The position numbers and the translations under genes are program-made. From NCBI RefSeq assembly GCF_032062105.1, contig NW_026932050.1:186001-250000 (forward strand): DNA of 64,000 nucleotides. Reading direction: 5' to 3'. This DNA comes from Saccostrea cucullata. Taxonomy: Eukaryota. Position 1 is the first letter of the stretch. The number at the start of each line of letters is the position of its first letter. Shown piece by piece: positions 61,601 to 64,000 of the stretch. A model generated the notes under the pieces. It had not been told where the DNA came from. It made no database searches and worked only from the letters and a program-made list of their open reading frames with translations.

Positions 61601-63796
61601 TATGTAGGTTATATAAATTAAAGGGTGGGACATATCTCTAATACAAGAGTTTTTGTGTATCTTTTTGATTTAGATTTTAACACAGATTTTAACGAATTTA
61701 TCAGCTGGTCTGATTAAGATTTGATGGGCCTGATTGTTCTGCCTCTATAGACAAGAATGTCTGGATCCCCGTCAGGTATTCAACTGTGAAGACCTGATCT
61801 GGACCTGACAAGATACATTGTTTTTTAAGTGAGGCGATTTAATCCTTTGATAATCAGGCTGCACTCAATCTGTGTTATGTCGGCAGATGTTAGCAGTGGC
61901 TGTGAGCACGATCACAGCAGTTCTGGCTCGATGGAGTGATTTCTGACACACCTGTTCTCAGTGCTAGGCTCAGTTCTTACTCACCTGACATACCTGTGAT
62001 AGACTCGGCATTTACTCTTGTATCACACCATATTACACCTGTAACACACCTAGAACACACCCACACATACACCAACACATGCACACTTAATTGGTTTATG
62101 GCTATCACATGAACTTCAGATTATTGTTTAGGTAAACAAAAGGGTTTTTTTATTTATTATGCTTATTTATAGAGTAAACAAATCATCCTTAACTTTTTGT
62201 CAGACTTTCACAGGTTCTATACTGGTAGCTGTGAATCCGTACAAAGACCTGCCTATCTATGATCAGGTATAGTATATACACTGTATATTAGTGTTGGCAT
62301 CTTTGGTCCTAAAGAAAGCAGAATTGTGTCACAGTGAGAGTATTTGATAAATGTCATAAATACTGAAATTAATATCAAAAGAATTTTTTTTCAAGTTATC
62401 TCAGTTATAGCAGCATAGGAAAAATTTACCGTTAGATTTAATGTAGTGTTTTATTAAATATTTTCGTTCTGATATATAATCTCATTTAATTGCTTGATAT
62501 TAAATATCAAGTTTTGAGCAAGATCATTAAAAAATTTAACAAAATGCCAGTCAATGTGTATAGCTTGTATAGGTTGTTAAAGAACATAATTTCTTTAAAA
62601 TGTAATTTATTCATGGTGTTTAAATCTACCATTTAAAACAGTGTCTTCAAATATCTAATAATTATTCTCCTTGATCATGAAATAATAATATATATCATAA
62701 AAAGTTTGATGAAATTTTAAAAAAGAAATTAGCTCATTTAATTAATTTTTTTATTATCTAATACACGTAAAAACTTTCAAGATATTGCGTGCAGATATCT
62801 TTAAGCATTCACAATATATATATGTGTTTTAATAGTGGTAAAATGGATTGATAGATATGGAATATGAATAAACATCGATAAGGAAGCAAAGGAAAGTAAC
62901 CGGAACAATTTCATTGCCAACAAGGTTTATATATACTGAAAGGAAAAAGAAACGCAGGGTAAACTTTTGAGGTGAATTAAATTTATTTTTCAGAATATTT
63001 TTCAGTTTTTATATTCTTTTAAAACATCTTACAAAAGATATAACAAAAATCCTATTTGATTTTGTTTATATAAATAAAGTTATTGACGGTGACATATCAA
63101 AAGTGAAAAACGAAAGTTTTTGTGTAATGCCTCTTTTGACATTTATTTTTCCTTTTATGGAATTTATGAGCTGGTCTGATTAAGATTTAATGGGCATGGA
63201 TAACCACGCCAAAAAATTCTGCCTCGATAGCGCATGCGCCAGTGAGAGGAACACATCAGGTATTCAACTGTGAAGACCAAATTGCGGACATAGTTTACTT
63301 TGTTTTTTTGTGTGAACGTAATGATTATGATAGTCTACTGTATAAAAGGCTGGTTTTGTAGTTAGTAAGGTGGCAGATGTTAAGCAGTGGCTGTGAATAA
63401 CCCGCTCGTCACATGCAGTTCTGGTTAACGTTAGTGGTTTCTGAACACACCTGCCCTCTCTGACAACGGGTAACAAGTTTTATGGGACCTGAAAATAACT
63501 GTGATAACTGCATTTACTCTTGTATCACATTTCATTAAATACACCTGTAACACACCTAGAACACACTGCACACATACACCAACACATGCACACTTTAATT
63601 GTTTATGTGTATATCAGGTGCATTAACTTCAAAAAGATTTGTTGACAAACTTTAGGTAAACAAAAGGGTTTTTTTAGCGTTTTATTATGCTCATATTTAT
63701 AGAGTAAACAAATCATCCTTAACTTTTTGTCAGACTTTCACAGGTTCTATACTGGTAGCTGTGAATCCGTACAAAGACCTGCCTATCTATGATCAG
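55613..63796 (+). CDS. Unconventional myosin heavy chain, N-terminal exons (partial; probably a MyTH4-FERM class such as VII/X/XXII, class tentative)
   Basis: Exons 55613-55652, 59214-59320 and 62204-62266 (identical second copy at 63734-63796) give MSTVLDRPELSSSGAAPEDGVPDMIVISEIDENGIAVNLRVRYTKDQIYTFTGSILVAVNPYKDLPIYDQ, the start of a myosin motor domain. Confidence 0.85.
56295..57410. mobile_element. Non-autonomous DNA element with 16-bp TIRs and 6-bp TSD
   Basis: Perfect TIR CATACATGCCAACTTT / AAAGTTGGCATGTATG. TTAAGG on both sides (56289-56294, 57411-57416). Confidence 0.8.
57415..57731. mobile_element. Kolobok-like MITE
   Basis: 21-bp TIR GGTCAGA(T/C)GACACGTTCCTCA with TTAA on both sides (57411-57414, 57732-57735). 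Confidence 0.78.
59321..62203 (+). other. U12-type (minor spliceosome) GT-AG intron in the myosin gene
   Basis: 5' site GTATCCTT at 59321 and branch sequence TCCTTAAC at 62186-62193, ending 10 nt before the exon. Confidence 0.9.
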
Positions 63797-63820
63797 GTAT
63801 AGTATATACACTGTATATAT
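60975..63820 (+). repeat. ~1.5-kb tandem duplication including a myosin exon
   Basis: ~60975-62290 aligns to ~62395-63820. The exon and immediate flanks are identical (offset 1530), while the upstream intron portion differs by many small indels. Confidence 0.85.
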
Positions 63821-64000
63821 TTACACATATACATATCCATTCTTTTAAAAGATGACCTTCTTCTCCCCCCCCTTCCCGCACACACAAACACACACAAGCA
63901 AAAAAAAACCCAGAACATTAAAGATGAATATGACTCTTTATTACCTCACCCCACCCCACCCCACCCCCCTGGAAAAAAAACACCCCCCAAAAAAAACAAG

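Overview
AT-rich, intron-containing animal DNA. The repeat families (166-bp Cg170-like Helentron arrays, RING-less B-box/NHL genes) point to a bivalve, probably an oyster; this is inference. Genes in order: (1) the 3' half of ABCD4 (+, seven exons, 5186-9704), with a B-box/coiled-coil/NHL gene whose CDS is a single exon (-, 1939-3630), inferred to sit antisense in one of its introns; (2) a decayed tandem duplicate of that module (~13.7-25.5 kb), in which the TRIM-like copy is split by a 2151-bp CAC...GTG element with a 5-bp TSD; (3) a 24-bp minisatellite and an assembly gap; (4) an SLC25A45/47/48-like carrier (+); (5) an orphan basic ORF (-); (6) an ankyrin/SOCS-box gene (+); (7) ZNF318 (-, seven coding exons), whose last intron holds a Helentron-type satellite array; (8) the first exons of an unconventional myosin (+) with a U12-type intron. 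Many MITEs, one ordinary solo LTR and one tRNA-containing mini solo LTR are present. The most unusual signal is repeated tandem amplification centred on exon/intron boundaries. The clearest case is 12 complete decoy 3' splice-site cassettes stacked in front of the ABCD4 Walker-B exon. Also notable is a duplicated myosin exon with a U12 acceptor and a U2 donor, which may be an assembly artefact. All exon models were read by eye and need transcript confirmation.
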